Assembly (NCBI GenBank): GCA_051294375.1
Contig: CM119263.1
Location: forward strand, 18,438,628-18,502,627
DNA: 64,000 nucleotides
Direction of reading: 5' to 3'
Source: Paraspadella gotoi
Lineage: Eukaryota > Animalia > Chaetognatha
Part shown: in pieces, positions 1 to 36,000 of the stretch
Layout of the letters: every line of letters starts with the position of its first letter
How positions within the stretch are numbered: position 1 is the first letter of the stretch
Made by a program: the position numbers and the translations under genes
The notes under the pieces: model-generated
The model's database searches: none
Seen by the model: only the letters and a program-made list of their open reading frames with translations
What the model was told of the DNA's origin: nothing

Positions 1-667
1 CGACCTTCCACGTCATAACTGATAACGCGACTCGCAACAAAGCCTAATCCCATCGTCATTCCTCACCCGCACCGCCACGCCCACTCCCGGTTTTTACTTA
101 TCTCCTCTTTCAAGTCGCTCCTGGCGCCGACCAGATCCGGTTTAGCGTCTGAAACGTCGTCCGTCCGCTCGTTTCCCGGTTTCGGATCTCTAAGCCGAGA
201 CTCAAAATGTTGCTCTTATCATTTCAATCTTTTTTTTCCTCCCCGAGTTTTATGAGTTTACCTTGGTTGAATTGCCTCCGGTTTGCGAGGCTGGATTGTC
301 TACAGAATTGTCAGTCGGATGCCAGCTTGGATTGTCGTTACCATTAACTCAATGGATTATGAAGATTCTGTTTCATAGGAGGGTGCTGCTGTTATTGCGA
401 TTGTTCGATCTTTGCCTACGGTTGGTGCCAATGAGACTGCAGCTGCTTCGTTCGCCTCATTCTCCGCGGTAAAACTTTTTTTCCCTCCCGGCCTCTTTTA
501 GCTCACGCCGTCCACTTCACCCACATTTCCGGTGTCACGCTGCCACGCTTCTACGCTGCCACGCCCCCTCGCACTCCCTCGACCCCCAGACTTTGGAATC
601 TCAACTCGACAATTTTTCTTTTTTCTTTCCGCGAACTGGTCACTGACGTCGTCGCCGGTTCGACTCA

Positions 668-754
<87 letters not shown>

Positions 755-1187
755 AAATGGAGAGTCTGTCTTTGACAGATTCTGAATAAAAAATAAAGCG
801 AATTCGCGAGGCGATCTTTACAGAATAAAACATTTTTCAAATCTTTTTTTTTTTGTGGAGGAAAGGGGGGCGGAGGAGGAGAATGAAGAGGAAGGGGAAT
901 ATAAAGGCTTCGTGTTTTCTTGTTTGTAAATATTTCAACGTCGTCGTCGATCGGAGAGAAACTGGGATCGTCAACGGCAGAGACTCTGGGGCATCGACGA
1001 CCAATATATCGCCCGGGTCTTTCAATGTCATTCGTAATTTTGGTAGAAAAGAAAGAAGAAAGAAGAAGGGCAATCGACATCATAGTCATCGTCGTCAACA
1101 TCGTCGTTACTTTTTCTCTTCCCGGTTGCCGATCTTGTCTCAATTCTTTGCTTTTTTACGACCGACGTCATTTTACCGTTTTTATAC

Positions 1188-1260
1188 TTCGTCGTCGCCG
1201 TCGTCGTCGCCGTCGTCGCCGTCGTCGTCGCCGTCGTCGTCGCCGTCGTCGTCGCCGTCG
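1188..1260. repeat. (GTC/GCC) trinucleotide-based tandem repeat (GTCGTCGTCGCC)n
   Basis: Visible 9-12 bp units. Confidence 0.85.
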
Positions 1261-2419
1261 TGACTGTTGGCGTGGACCCTTTTCGATTCAAAATGTTCAT
1301 TGATTCGCGTAAAAACGTCGAGTTCAGCGACCTTCGACGTTTGGTCACTGAATTATGATCGTCGTCGTCGTTTTCGTCGTTGGCGTCAACATCGTCGTTG
1401 TCTGTACACATGAAAATAAAATAGGCGATGAAGCGATTTCGGATATGATTTCCGTTTTTACGTTAGAAAAGTTTAAATATCGAAAGCGACCCGTCTACCA
1501 GCTGTTAGTGGAATCGCATAGCATAAGTTTGTGTTTCAGACTTCCGGGTTTTTTCAACTTTTTCAACTTAAGAGAAAATCCTCTGAAAAATACTAATACT
1601 TATCATCGAGTCCAACTTCATTTTTTCTCTATTTTGTTCCTCTGGATTTCGTTTTTTCTTTTGTTCTTTTGTTGTTTTGTTCCGTTTTCCGTGTCGATTA
1701 CGGCACCCGAGAGACGAAAACGACGACGACGACCGTTAAAACGACGACGAGAATAATAAAACAAAAGTTTCTCTCCTCCATTTTTTCGATCGCGGATCGA
1801 AACCCCAAAAAATCGAAAAACCGTCAAAAAAAATGTTGTTTTTTACGTATTTTTAAACAGTTTAGATGAATGTCATTTTATTTATTTTTGTTCGAATGAA
1901 AAGTATAATCTCATCTTTATTTCTATCTCGCAGAAAACGCCAAAATCTCACTAGTCAAAAAAAGATCGTCAATCCCGCCAAAATATCCAACAACGTTTTA
2001 CGTTTCAAATATTCAAAGTTTATCATCAGTCATAACAAACACTATCGCATAAAAAAGCGTCATTCACCACGTATTTAAATATTCTTCATTATTGAATTAT
2101 TCTTCAACTTCGGTGCTACATGTTTTGTTTGCGTCGCTGCCAAAGCACATTTTTTCAACTACGTAAATATCTTCACGTAAGGGAGTCACCGAAAATCTTC
2201 AGCTTTTTTTTCGTTTATATCGATATTATCGGCACCGCACGATACCGCACAACACCGCACGGCACCGCACGGCACCGCACAAAAGCGAGACGTTGTACCT
2301 TAAAACTTTATCGAAACTGCTCACCAACGCAAAGAGATTGGAGGCACTTAATAGAAAGGATCTCGCTCGCTATCTTCCTTTTGATAGCATCTCTCGACGG
2401 TTATTCCACCCGGATATCA

Positions 2420-2450
<31 letters not shown>

Positions 2451-3704
2451 NNNNNNNNNNNNNNNNNNNNNNNNNNNNNNNNNNNNNNNNNNNNNNNNNN
2501 NNNNNNNNNNNNNNNNNNNNNNNNNNNNNNNNNNNNNNNNNNNNNNNNNNNNNNNNNNNNNNNNNNNNNNNNNNNNNNNNNNNNNNNNNNNNNNNNNNNN
2601 NNNNNNNNNNNNNNNNNNNNNNNNNNNNNNNNNNNNNNNNNNNNNNNNNNNNNNNNNNNNNNNNNNNNNNNNNNNNNNNNNNNNNNNNNNNNNNNNNNNN
2701 NNNNNNNNNNAAAAAAAAAGGAAAGAAAAAGCTGAAAAAAAAGGAGAGGCATAACGACAGAGAGAGGGAACGAGAGTTAGGAGGAAAATTCATACCGGAA
2801 ATAAAAGAGGATATAATATATATATATTATAACGCGGGTAACGAATGTAAATCCCGTCGACAGAGGACGCTCACCTTTGTCATTGAATTTAGAAATTTGC
2901 GTTTAAAAACAAAATCGCATCGCATTCGTCGTCGATTGTTAAAGATCATCGACTCCGAATACAATTTCATTTTCTGCTTCTAAATCTTAATTGTTTCTCC
3001 AACGCTTCTTACTGCATCTAGTTCGCATTTAAAACAAACAACTACTCGGGAATCTATTTCCCTTGTGTTCGCCTCCGACCACCTGCCGGACTTTTTTTTT
3101 CTCTCCCCATTCCTTCCACTCACAAACTTTCGGTCGCCAAACAAGTAAACTCGTTCGCCCTTGACGCCGCCCCCCTGCCGTCATCTTGTTCCTCCTCTCC
3201 CGCCCCCCCCACAAAAAAAAAAATCCTCCAGTTTCGGCGCCGAATAGTCTCCAGCGGAGAAAAACCGGCGCTGATTTTGACGCTGATGAACGATTCTCTC
3301 GTCGGGGGGCGCCGGTAGCGGAGGCCTCGCCGGGAGAAGGCGCCGCTCGGGAAAAGGAAGTGACGCCGAAAAGTAAACTCGGCCCCCGTGGGGTCGGAAC
3401 GGCGGCAACGACGACGACGACGGACGAAGAACGACCTCCGCTCCGAACGGCGATAAGTCACGGTTTCAAACCGCGTCGCGCAAACAAACGAACATCTGCG
3501 GTTGAAACTTAAACTCGTTAGAAAAGGCGTCGGCTTCGGCGTCAACGTCTGCGCGAGTGAGGATTAATCTTTGTCCATTTTTTTCTCTCTTTGCCGAGGA
3601 TTAATCTCGCCTCCTTACGTCACGCCCCCTTAAACTCGCTCCTTTAGTATCGGAAGAAAAATAAACAAAAGGCAATCGCGGAACTAAACAAGAAAAAAGA
3701 AAAA

Positions 3705-26198
<22,494 letters not shown>

Positions 26199-26979
26199 TT
26201 TTTTTCTCTACGTATTATTGTTTTTATTTCTTTTTAATATATTCTCCAATTTTTTTTATCCATGTTTTTTTATCCCGATTTTTTACTTTATTACAACAAA
26301 TCCACGCAAAAAGTTTTCGTGATTGTTATATCTGCTTGTCTACAGTTCTTAAACTATTTCGTATTTCTACGACCCGTTAACCCAATCCCGGTCAACCAAA
26401 ACAAAAACAAAAACGAACCCGCCCTCCCCTCCCTCTCTCCCGCCCCCGACCTTCCTCACCTTCGACTTTTATCCGTTCTCCCCGGAAAGAAAAATGACTC
26501 AAGTTTTTGGTCGCGACGCGATTAAATTATTTATTGATAATTTAGAGATTATTTGTAGATAAGGCGGATCTATTGTGCATTTATATTATTTGTAAATAGC
26601 GAATAGAAACTTTTTTTCAAAATATTATTTTTTTAAAATTTTCATTGAAGGAGGACGAATAAATGAAAAGTTAGACAATCAACAATCAACATGAAATCAT
26701 TAAAGTACATGATATTTACGAGAAAAAACAGAAAATATTTTCATTCACCTGCAGTAAAACCTTAAAATGTTTATTAGAATTAAATATAATACGAGATACT
26801 ATCTCAAAGACGGAGAGACAAAAGGTCTCAACTTCGGACACGGCAACACCTAACATTTTTTTAGTCTCCCGCGTTTCACTATTGCTCATTTTTTCTCATA
26901 AAGCGAACGACGACGACCGAAACGTCATCTGTCCCCTCATCTCCGCCCCATCACCTTTCGAACGACGCCACTTCCTGGA

Positions 26980-27056
<77 letters not shown>

Positions 27057-28677
27057 CGAAAAAAAAGCAACGTGTTCTCTCTCGACTTTTATAACGTCCT
27101 TTCGCCGATTTTATGGCGCAATAATGGCGCAATTATGGCGCGTGAGGTTCGAAGACGAATTTTGGGAGGAAGCGGGGAATTGATGGGAGGTATGGGAGGT
27201 TGTGAGAGAGGTTGTGNNNNNNNNNNTGAGAGAGGTTGTGAGAGAGGCTAAGCGGAGGAGAAAAGAAGGAAAGAAACGAAATTGTTTTCGGGAAAGAGGC
27301 TTCGGTCCCTTTCTGTCGAGAGAGCATTGTTACGATAGATTATAGATCATTCATTCGAATCGCCAAGTGTTACGATCTCCTCTAATGGAAGGCGGAATTA
27401 TTTTTCTGTCATTGATGAGAAGTTAATAACGTTTTGAAGACTCTTGGGAAAAGGGTTTATAACTTTATTATTTTTTTAGAATTTTGTATTCATAAAGTTC
27501 TAGCTGGAGTTTTATTCCATCGCTGAAAAAAAAAGGAAAAAAAAAGAACTTAAAAACCGCAGATGCGCGGAATCCATGAGTCGTGACGTCACTCCCCGCT
27601 TTTGATGGAACCCAAAACGAGGCAAACGCGATCCCTGGGAGATTTTTATTATTTTTTCGGTTTCAATTTCCGAAATTTCGCGAGACACGCAGCTGTTATG
27701 GTTATTAGTTTCCCGAGAAATTCCAAACGAATAAGTTTCGTCGTTTGTTTGTTGTGAGAAAATATCGCATCAATAGTGAGGGGGAAAACTACCTTCTTGT
27801 CTTTTACAAAGACGTTGATCACTTCTTTCTACATATTTACATTGTTCTCGGGGATTGTGCACTGTGCAACGTGGGATTTTATAGTAATAACTTACGATAT
27901 TAATTACATATTATGGATAATATAAAAATACGCGAAAAACTGCCAAACTGAAATCTTGCTCTTGCTGAGATCGCATCGAGATCTGTATTGTTATAATCGA
28001 GAACATCGCCAAGACTTGCATTAAAAAACAAGTGACAACAAACAGAGAAACGAGCTTGCCCTTCACTGTTCGGCAAAAAACTTCTAAAGCGTCTGTTAGA
28101 CACTCTTCAAAATTTCTTTACTACCATTTAATCAACGTTGTTCGTCTATCTCCTTTCTTCTTCCAACAGCTCCTCTATTCACAACTTTCTCTGTTCCCTT
28201 TTTTCTTTTCATGTAAACGAGGCCGAAGAAACACTGATCTCCATTCTCCTCTACCTCCCTCCTCCCCTAGTAGATAAACCTTAAGAAATGCCCGGCCTCC
28301 CGTCGGGCCATAAATATCCCGGAGGGGAAAAGGAGGGAGGGGCAGGTCTACGACGACGACGACGACAAAGGTGACGACGAAGACGACGACGACGACATCG
28401 AAGCGCCATCCCGTGAATAGAGGATGCAAACTGCCGTCGTTAGCAGCGCCGGGCGTCGGAGTCGGCGCCGACGGCGGCCGTAGTATCTGTAACAAAAGAC
28501 CGGCGTAGCGCCTCGTCGTCGGGGCGCGTAGTAACGACACAACCGAGTTAGCTGCAGCAGATGTTGCGGCGGCGTAGCTGCGGCCTACTGCAGGCGTGCT
28601 CGGGGCCGCGGACAGGCTCAACAATAATCGTTATTCGTACGAAACAGAAAAAAAAAGGCTTTCCAGCGGAGAAGGAG

Positions 28678-28724
<47 letters not shown>

Positions 28725-29946
28725 AGAGAGAAGAGGAGAGAGAGAAGAGAGAGAGTGCAAAAAAGGCGCAAATCCTCAAGGGACGGGACCGCCATTTTTG
28801 AAGGAGGATCGTCCTTAGAAATACGCTTTATCACGATATCTCTCTCTCTTCTCTCTCTCTCTCTCTCTCCTCTCTTCTCCTCCCCTCTCTTCCTTTGTGG
28901 TCATTGTGTCTTCTCACGACTTGGTATCTGCTTTTTTCAAAGGCCCCTTCTGGTGAGCCTTTCAGAGTATTTTTCTCAAGTTTGTATTTTATACCGCATG
29001 TGAAGAAGTCGCCTCATTTTTCTTCATGCAGCTGATTTCTTTAGCATCTTTAGCTTTTATTTTTTAAAAAAGTACAACAAGTTTATCTATGCTCCTGAAT
29101 CAGGATGCCTGATGCTGCTTCAAGTTATTTATTTAAAGACAAATCGATTGTCTCTTTCGAAAAATACACCTCCAAAAAAAAAAAAAAAAAACAACTTAAT
29201 TTTGTTTTTTGTTGTTGCTACGATTTTTGACGCATTTTAGTAAACTGTCGAGACAAAAATCTTCCCTAAAATTCCCGCATCGATTTTCGGTTTTTATGCT
29301 TCCATTTTCCTTTTCACCTCCTCTCCACTCGCTCTCCTCCTCTTCCCCGGGAATTTTCAATATTTTTTTTTTTCTTTCTCCTCTTTCCTCAACTTTCTTC
29401 CCTCCGTCTTTTTCATAACTTTCATCTCCTCGAAGATGCGTGGAAAGAAAAGGGCCACCTCGGCCTCCGCGAGCTTAATTAGATTTTCCAGCCAGGCGAT
29501 CATTGGAAAAAAAAATGGGGAGGGGGGGAGAGAGAGACAAGGGGGGGGGTTTAGAAGTGAGCGGAGTGGGAGGAGAGAGGGTAAGTTTGAATGGGGGGGA
29601 ATAGGGAAAAAAGGCTTATACGTAATAATAAATAGTTTACAAAAAGTGTAGTATTAAATCTAAAAAGAAATTTTCGGGGACGTTCAAGACGGAACAAAAA
29701 AAGAAGTACATCGGGGGGGGGGGAAAGTTCTGGATTGTTATAAACCGGATCCAGATTAATAGTCGAGGTTTTCCGCAGGACGGGGCGTCAGGGGCCGCAG
29801 GAGAAAGCGGCGTCGTCGGGTTTAAGTCCGAAGGGAGAATCCCCGTTAGACATGACTCGAGAGGGGGAGTCGAGGGGTTGGAGAAGGAGGACGCGCTTCT
29901 TCGGAAGAAAGGCACGTAACCCATAAGGGAGATCCGCATAATTCGA

Positions 29947-31271
29947 TTAGAGGGAAGACGCTCGAACGACTCCGCCGATCGCCCACCGCGATTCCAGACC
30001 CCCGGCGCCCCCTCTCTCCGTCACGGAACGCCCACTTCCGGTTTCGATTTGATCGAATTTGCGCGACGCTAACTGAAATTTAAGATCGGCGCCGGCGGCG
30101 GAAGAGAAAACGAGAAGCTTGGAGGGGCCGATGGTGGAGGAGAGATTGGACGGTGGAGGTTGGTTGGTGGTGACGATGGTAGTTGATAGTGGGGGAAGAT
30201 CGGCAGGGTTTAAGTTGGCGATGAAATTTGCAGCAGACAGCCTATGATGAGAGCAGTGAGAGATGGGCGAAGTTGAAGCGGAGCAGTGAAGCTGAGCAGA
30301 GCAGAAGCAGAGCAGTGAAGAGAACATAAAATAAAGCTAAGGTACTTGGTATTATGAAATAACCAATATAAAAATTTTCGTTTTGATCTATTATCTATTA
30401 TAACGAGGGTATTGAGAACGGGTGCTACTTTACCAGAACCTTTGTAGTCCGCGTCTTCGTCGTCTTCGTCGTCGTCGACATATCGAAGGATCTTGCCACC
30501 ATTTCGTCGTCATCGTCGTCTTCTTCGTCGTCTTCTTCATCTTCGCTTTTAAGAGAATCGGAGAAAATGAGACGAAAATTATGGAGGAGATCGAAAACGG
30601 AAGGGGGAATGAGGGAAAAGGGAAAAAGGGAAAAGGAGAAAAAGGAAAAAGGGGAAAGGAGAAAAGGGGAAAGAAGGAAAGATGGAGAAGAGAAAATAGG
30701 GGAAAAGGGAAAGAAGGACTGAGGGAAAAAGAAGAAAAGGGGAAAAAGGAAAAGGAGAAAAGGGAAAAGATGGAAAAGAGAAAATAGGGGAAAAGGGAAA
30801 GAAAGACTGAGAGAAAGAGGAGAAAAAGGGGAAAAGGGGGAAAGGGGAAAGGAGAAAAGGGAAAAAGAGAAAATAGGGGAAAGGGGAAAGAAGGTGAAAA
30901 GAGGAAAAGAGGAAAAGAGAAATTAAAAAATCGCAAATAAGGGCGAAGGAAAGAAAAACCAATGTAATTATCGAAATACATTAGTTGCGAAGAGAAAAAT
31001 AAAAGAAAGATATTTAGGAGAAAAGAAGAGATGAGAGAGAAAAAAGTTGATAAAAAATGAAAAAATCGGTTACATTCAAAGGGAGAAAGACAACAAAAAA
31101 ACAAAAAAATTATGGTTGAAGAAAGATTCAAGAAAAATTGAAAAAAAAAAAAAAAAAGGGAAAGAGATAATTCCGAGGGACGGGCGCTGAAAGGAAGGAA
31201 ATTATTTTGGAACTCTTCCAACCTACTTCTGTCGACGCGAAGCTTGAAATTCGTGACGAAACATCCCACGT
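29947..31271 (-). CDS. Candidate small spliced gene fragment with an acidic tract, unknown product
   Basis: Phase-compatible exons 31271-31223, 30545-30440 and 30072-29947 read ...VGCFVTNFKLRVDRSSEDEEDDEEDDDDDEMVARSFDMSTTTKTTKTRTTKLASRKFDQIETG...SSL*. No recognisable domain and no firm start. Confidence 0.2.
30600..30920 (+). repeat. Purine-rich low-complexity tandem repeat (GGGAAAA-type; about 3 copies of agaaaataggggaaa...gaaagaag)
   Basis: Almost exclusively G/A on the + strand, with a recurring ~80-90 bp block. Confidence 0.7.
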
Positions 31272-32084
31272 CTTAGAATTTCACAGAGAAAAAAAAACAT
31301 TAATGGTATTTATGTCTTTTGCTTCGTTAGACGTAAAGACTTAAAGGCGTCTCTGAATTTGGGATTAAAAATTCCTTTAATACTAATAATCTAATCGCAC
31401 ATAAATTAACTGCGAAGAAGTCGGGGACTTTTTCTCTTTTTTATGAAATGAAATTGGTACAACCAATATAAAAATTATCCATTCATTTAATAAATAAGCT
31501 ATCTTGCCCCTGACTTTGGACAGGCTTTGGTGGTTTAAGGCCTCCATCACTCTTACAAGATAATGACATAGCATATAATTTCTTTTTTAAATTATAAAAA
31601 CATTCTTTCCTTTGTTTCAAATAAAAATTTTGTCATCCTTAGTAAAATTTCATAGCATTTTTCATACAACGAGCCATTTCCGATTGATTGGAAATTTCCT
31701 ATAATTGAATTTTCAATGACAGGAAAAATAATTATTGAAAATGATTCTGACAGCAAAGAATGAAATGTAAAGCAATTTACTAATTGAGATTCTGCTCTGA
31801 AACGAGGGCGGATGCCATTACAGTGGTGTCTTCTCTTATTTTAAATAAATTTTACATCTTTTTAGTAAACTGATTCATACTCAAGAATAATGATGTATTT
31901 TTTATAATGGTTCGGAAATCTGAACAACAATAAAACTAAAAAACAAGTCAATGTCAATATAAAACTAATATAAGGGAAAAAAAATACATTTTAAAATTTC
32001 ACGACCCAATTTTCTTGCAACTTCGTGTACCCTTCAAATTGAGCTGCTCCTCTCTCCTCTCTCTTCCTCTCTCCTCTCTCCTTC

Positions 32085-32129
<45 letters not shown>

Positions 32130-32354
32130 GCGCTCTCTTCTTGCAGAAGCGTACCTAGGGTCCATGTACACAATTATCTATCCTCTCTCTCATCTACCTT
32201 CTTCTCTCTCTTCTCTCTCACTCTCTCTTCTCTCTCTCCTCTCTCTCCCTCCGTTTTCGCTCATTTTCGAGATTTCCTGTTCAATGGGCGTTCGACTTCT
32301 TGATCCTGCACCGAATTTTCAAATTCGCCAAAGCTCTGGACTTCAACGTCAGAG

Positions 32355-32966
32355 ATGAGCCTTTCGGGCGTCGTCCTCGCGGTGACGACGGGTTTGAACG
32401 CCTTCGACATTCTCTCCGACCTCCGCATCATTTTATCCTTCATGCAACCCACCGATGAAAAATATTTTCGAGAATCTGAAAAAACTTCATACAGTAAGGA
32501 GATATTGTATTAAATGACGATCATTTTTAATAGATTACAAAATTACCTCCATTTGAATATGATTGCATATGCTTCATTTAACATGTTGACATTTTCCTCC
32601 TAAAACCCCAGTTCACAGTGGTCACATTAAATCGTACATCGGTCGTGGACTTCTCGTGATTTTCATCCTTCACTGCCTTTTTTCCACTGTTCACGGCGTC
32701 GCTCACATCTGGAAATTCAGGCAGAACTTTCCTCGCCTGACGAAAACCAGATGGAGGTTCGCGCTGACGGTGGCGCTGCATTTGATTGGACTCGGGAGTG
32801 TCCCGGTTCAAGTGGACACATATTTGGACGAACTGTGGGGTCCAGATCAGCATGGTAGTAAAGATTAAAAATTAAGTGAAAGCACATTATAAACGATAAA
32901 CGATATAAACTAGAGATATAGTGCGGCGAGAAAAATAATAATAATTAGAATAATTAGAATAATGAT

Positions 32967-33030
<64 letters not shown>

Positions 33031-36000
33031 TTGTAGAAAACAATATTACTACGCTTTCTTAGTAGTGCAAGAAAACAAGTTTGAGGAAACAAGTTAGAGC
33101 AAACAACGTCGGATCTGCCTACGATAATTAAGTTGTAATAAGCTAATCCGAACATAAATCACGATAATTCTTTCTGACTTTCAATTTGTGATCTTAACAT
33201 ACCATAACAAATCATAACATAACAAACCATGACAAACTATTTCATAAATGTATAAAAAATCCATAAATCAATTGATATATCAATCATTACCAGTAGCTGC
33301 ACCAATACCAACTTGCATAATTTGGTCATTTTGCATAATTTGATCAACTTGTGACTTTGAATATACGAGTATATTTTTATAATGGCAAAACGGTGTAACT
33401 TAATAACTAAGTCGAAATAACTAAAAAAAAATTGTCCTCTTACATCGTTTCTTCAATATTAAAATATACTTGTATATTACATTTCTTCTGGTGTTTGCGA
33501 TGAGGTGAACTCATGGTGACTTTTGTTTTGTTTTTCTATTAAAACTCATTTTCGCTTGCACGATTTCATTGCAACTTCATAGCGAGCTTAGTGACACACT
33601 TTTCTTATTTTATTCAAATTTTATCTCAGTTTATTTATGCAATTCTGAATAAATATAGTCATTATTAGTAAAAAAGTTTAAGTTAAATATTACTTTTGTT
33701 TTCTCCATTTAAACTCATTTCCACTCACACGATTTCATCGAAACTTTATATCCAACTTAAAAACACACTTTCATACCCACTAAGGCGAGCCAAAATTGAA
33801 CCTTTTTAATAACTTTTAATTCTCTTCAAAAAAAATTCCTTTTTTCCTTCTATTACTAAATCGATGTTCAATGCAAACTTTTTGAATTCGTTCATTGAGT
33901 TGTTGCACTGAAGACTGTAAATATTTATTATATAAACAAATGACAAAAATTTTTTTTACAAAATAGTTTTTTAAGAACGGATTCCTATAGAGCTTGAAAA
34001 GTTAAATGAAAGTTAGTACTTACAATTTTTTAAAATTTTGACAAGAAATTGGTTAAAAACAGAAAAACGTAAAAAAAATCATTCATCATCATCATTGGCT
34101 GAATTTATAGTTTTTTAAAATTCAATAAAACAAAAAAATTTAAAAAAATTGTATTAATAACCTTTATCTAACTTTTAAAGCTCTATCAGAATCCATTAAA
34201 AAAAATTGAAAATTTAAAAAACAATTTTTAACTATATATACGTAATAAAATAATCTTTTAAATGCTTCCGTGCGCTTATTAATAACGATAATTTTTTTAA
34301 ATTATTTTATTTTCATATTCTCTAACAGTCACTTTATCAATTATTTATTTGAGAGAACCTCTAGTTTTCAACCTGTTCCGGCCTAATACCCACCCACAAA
34401 ATTTCATTTCAATCCATTCATCCAATCACGAGTAATTAGACGTTTAATGCCTAAGGTTGGACGCGACACTCAGACAGACAGACGGACGGACATCTTTTTT
34501 ATATAATTTATCATAATTCGATGTTACGATATGATAAAAATTATTTACCGATAAGCTTTTGGGGTGGGACCGACGGACCGACAAAGTGGATCATAGTGTC
34601 GAAATCTGCTGATAAGCTGATGCGACTAAAAATGAATATTATCTTGTGCGTAAGAGGAATAGAACCATTAAAAAAAACCCAACTATTTATGGCTATTTAT
34701 AAGTGCTATTTCTGAGCTGTTTATGGCTATTTATGAGCCGGGTTAACTCTCTTTGTCGAGTGGTCTGGTTTGGGCAGAGCATTGAGGAAGGACTTTTTTC
34801 CAAGGTAACCATCAGCATCTTTCACCTTCCACTCTCCAAGACGACCTGGCGAGGTCTAAAACAATCTTATTGTCAAGGCTTGACCTCATTCACGTTTTGC
34901 TGGAGTCTTTTCCGCAATTGTTGCTGCAAACTGCGGCCGCCGTTTTGTCTATGACGAGCGACGTCGAAGAATTATGTTTTCCGCATCGCATTAGCGTGAA
35001 TTTCCAGACAGTGCGCATTGCTGGCTCCATCTACCAATTGCGCAACGGGTCGATTACAATGACGGACAATATTTGCGAATGCAACTTGGTTTACCAATTT
35101 AGTCTAAAACTGTATGGAATTAAAATTGATAATGCAGACAGACTGACAGTAGTGAAATACCAATATCAATGATTTTAACTTTCAATTTTAGGAGAATTTT
35201 TGGGTTAAAATTATTAGAAAAATGGTCGCTTTAAAAAATAAATAAATTTTTGTATAAAAGAGGGGTACCGTGGAAATATAAAATCTTTTTAATAAAAGTT
35301 TAACGATATCTGTACACTTTTATCTTTTGTTTGCGATGCTTATCATTAAGAATCAAATTTAATTCCATACTTGGTTCGAATTTTAGCTGGGCTCCAATAA
35401 CCATATCTTGTAATTGGACAGTTGGGAATTATTTGATTTTCGTCTCCATGGTTTTATCAACATTAAGTTTAGCCAAAACTGCTATCGACTATAGAAACAG
35501 ACAAAAAAATTTCTCGTCTTACTCTGGATTCAATTTTTTACAAAAAGTAGTTAATTTTTTGGGAATAACGGGTAGCATGATTAGCATTTCAATTGCGTTG
35601 CTCATTATTTACAACAAAACTATAAATTTTTGTGTCTGGTTTCCATTTTTAACACCATTGATTTTGTTTAATTGTTTTACATTTTCAGAAATCCTACAGA
35701 TATGCAAAAGCTTTTTTAATCCTTTTTCACTTGTGGAAAACAAAAATTTGAGTCATCGTTCTAAATTGTTCATTGTCCAATTATTCAGCACTAAAATGAC
35801 AACGATGATTTTGTTTTCTTTTTTATTTACGTTGGACAAACATAGAAGCATAGCGGAATATTTTCAGGAACATGAGTATTTGAAAAAATGGGGCTTAATG
35901 AACCTCCATGATGACAAATCGCCATTGTTTTGGATACATTTTAAAGACTCAATTTTTTCGAAAAATGGATATCATATAAATTTAAAGTTAAAAGATATTA

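Noticed and set aside
1-480. Possible minus-strand exons of a gene running off the window start
   Set aside because: Some exon-like composition and a GTAAAC donor near 261, but in-frame stops prevent a consistent model and no homology was recognised.
532-1411. ORFs with poly-ER, poly-SL, poly-R and poly-T tracts (and similar ORFs throughout the window)
   Set aside because: Translations of (GA)n and (GTC)n microsatellites; no domain or splice context.
2120-2983. Long ORFs spanning N runs (also 57734-58255)
   Set aside because: Open only because the N gaps hide stop codons.
30430-31269. 279-aa Phe/Pro-rich ORF
   Set aside because: Translation of a polypurine low-complexity tract.
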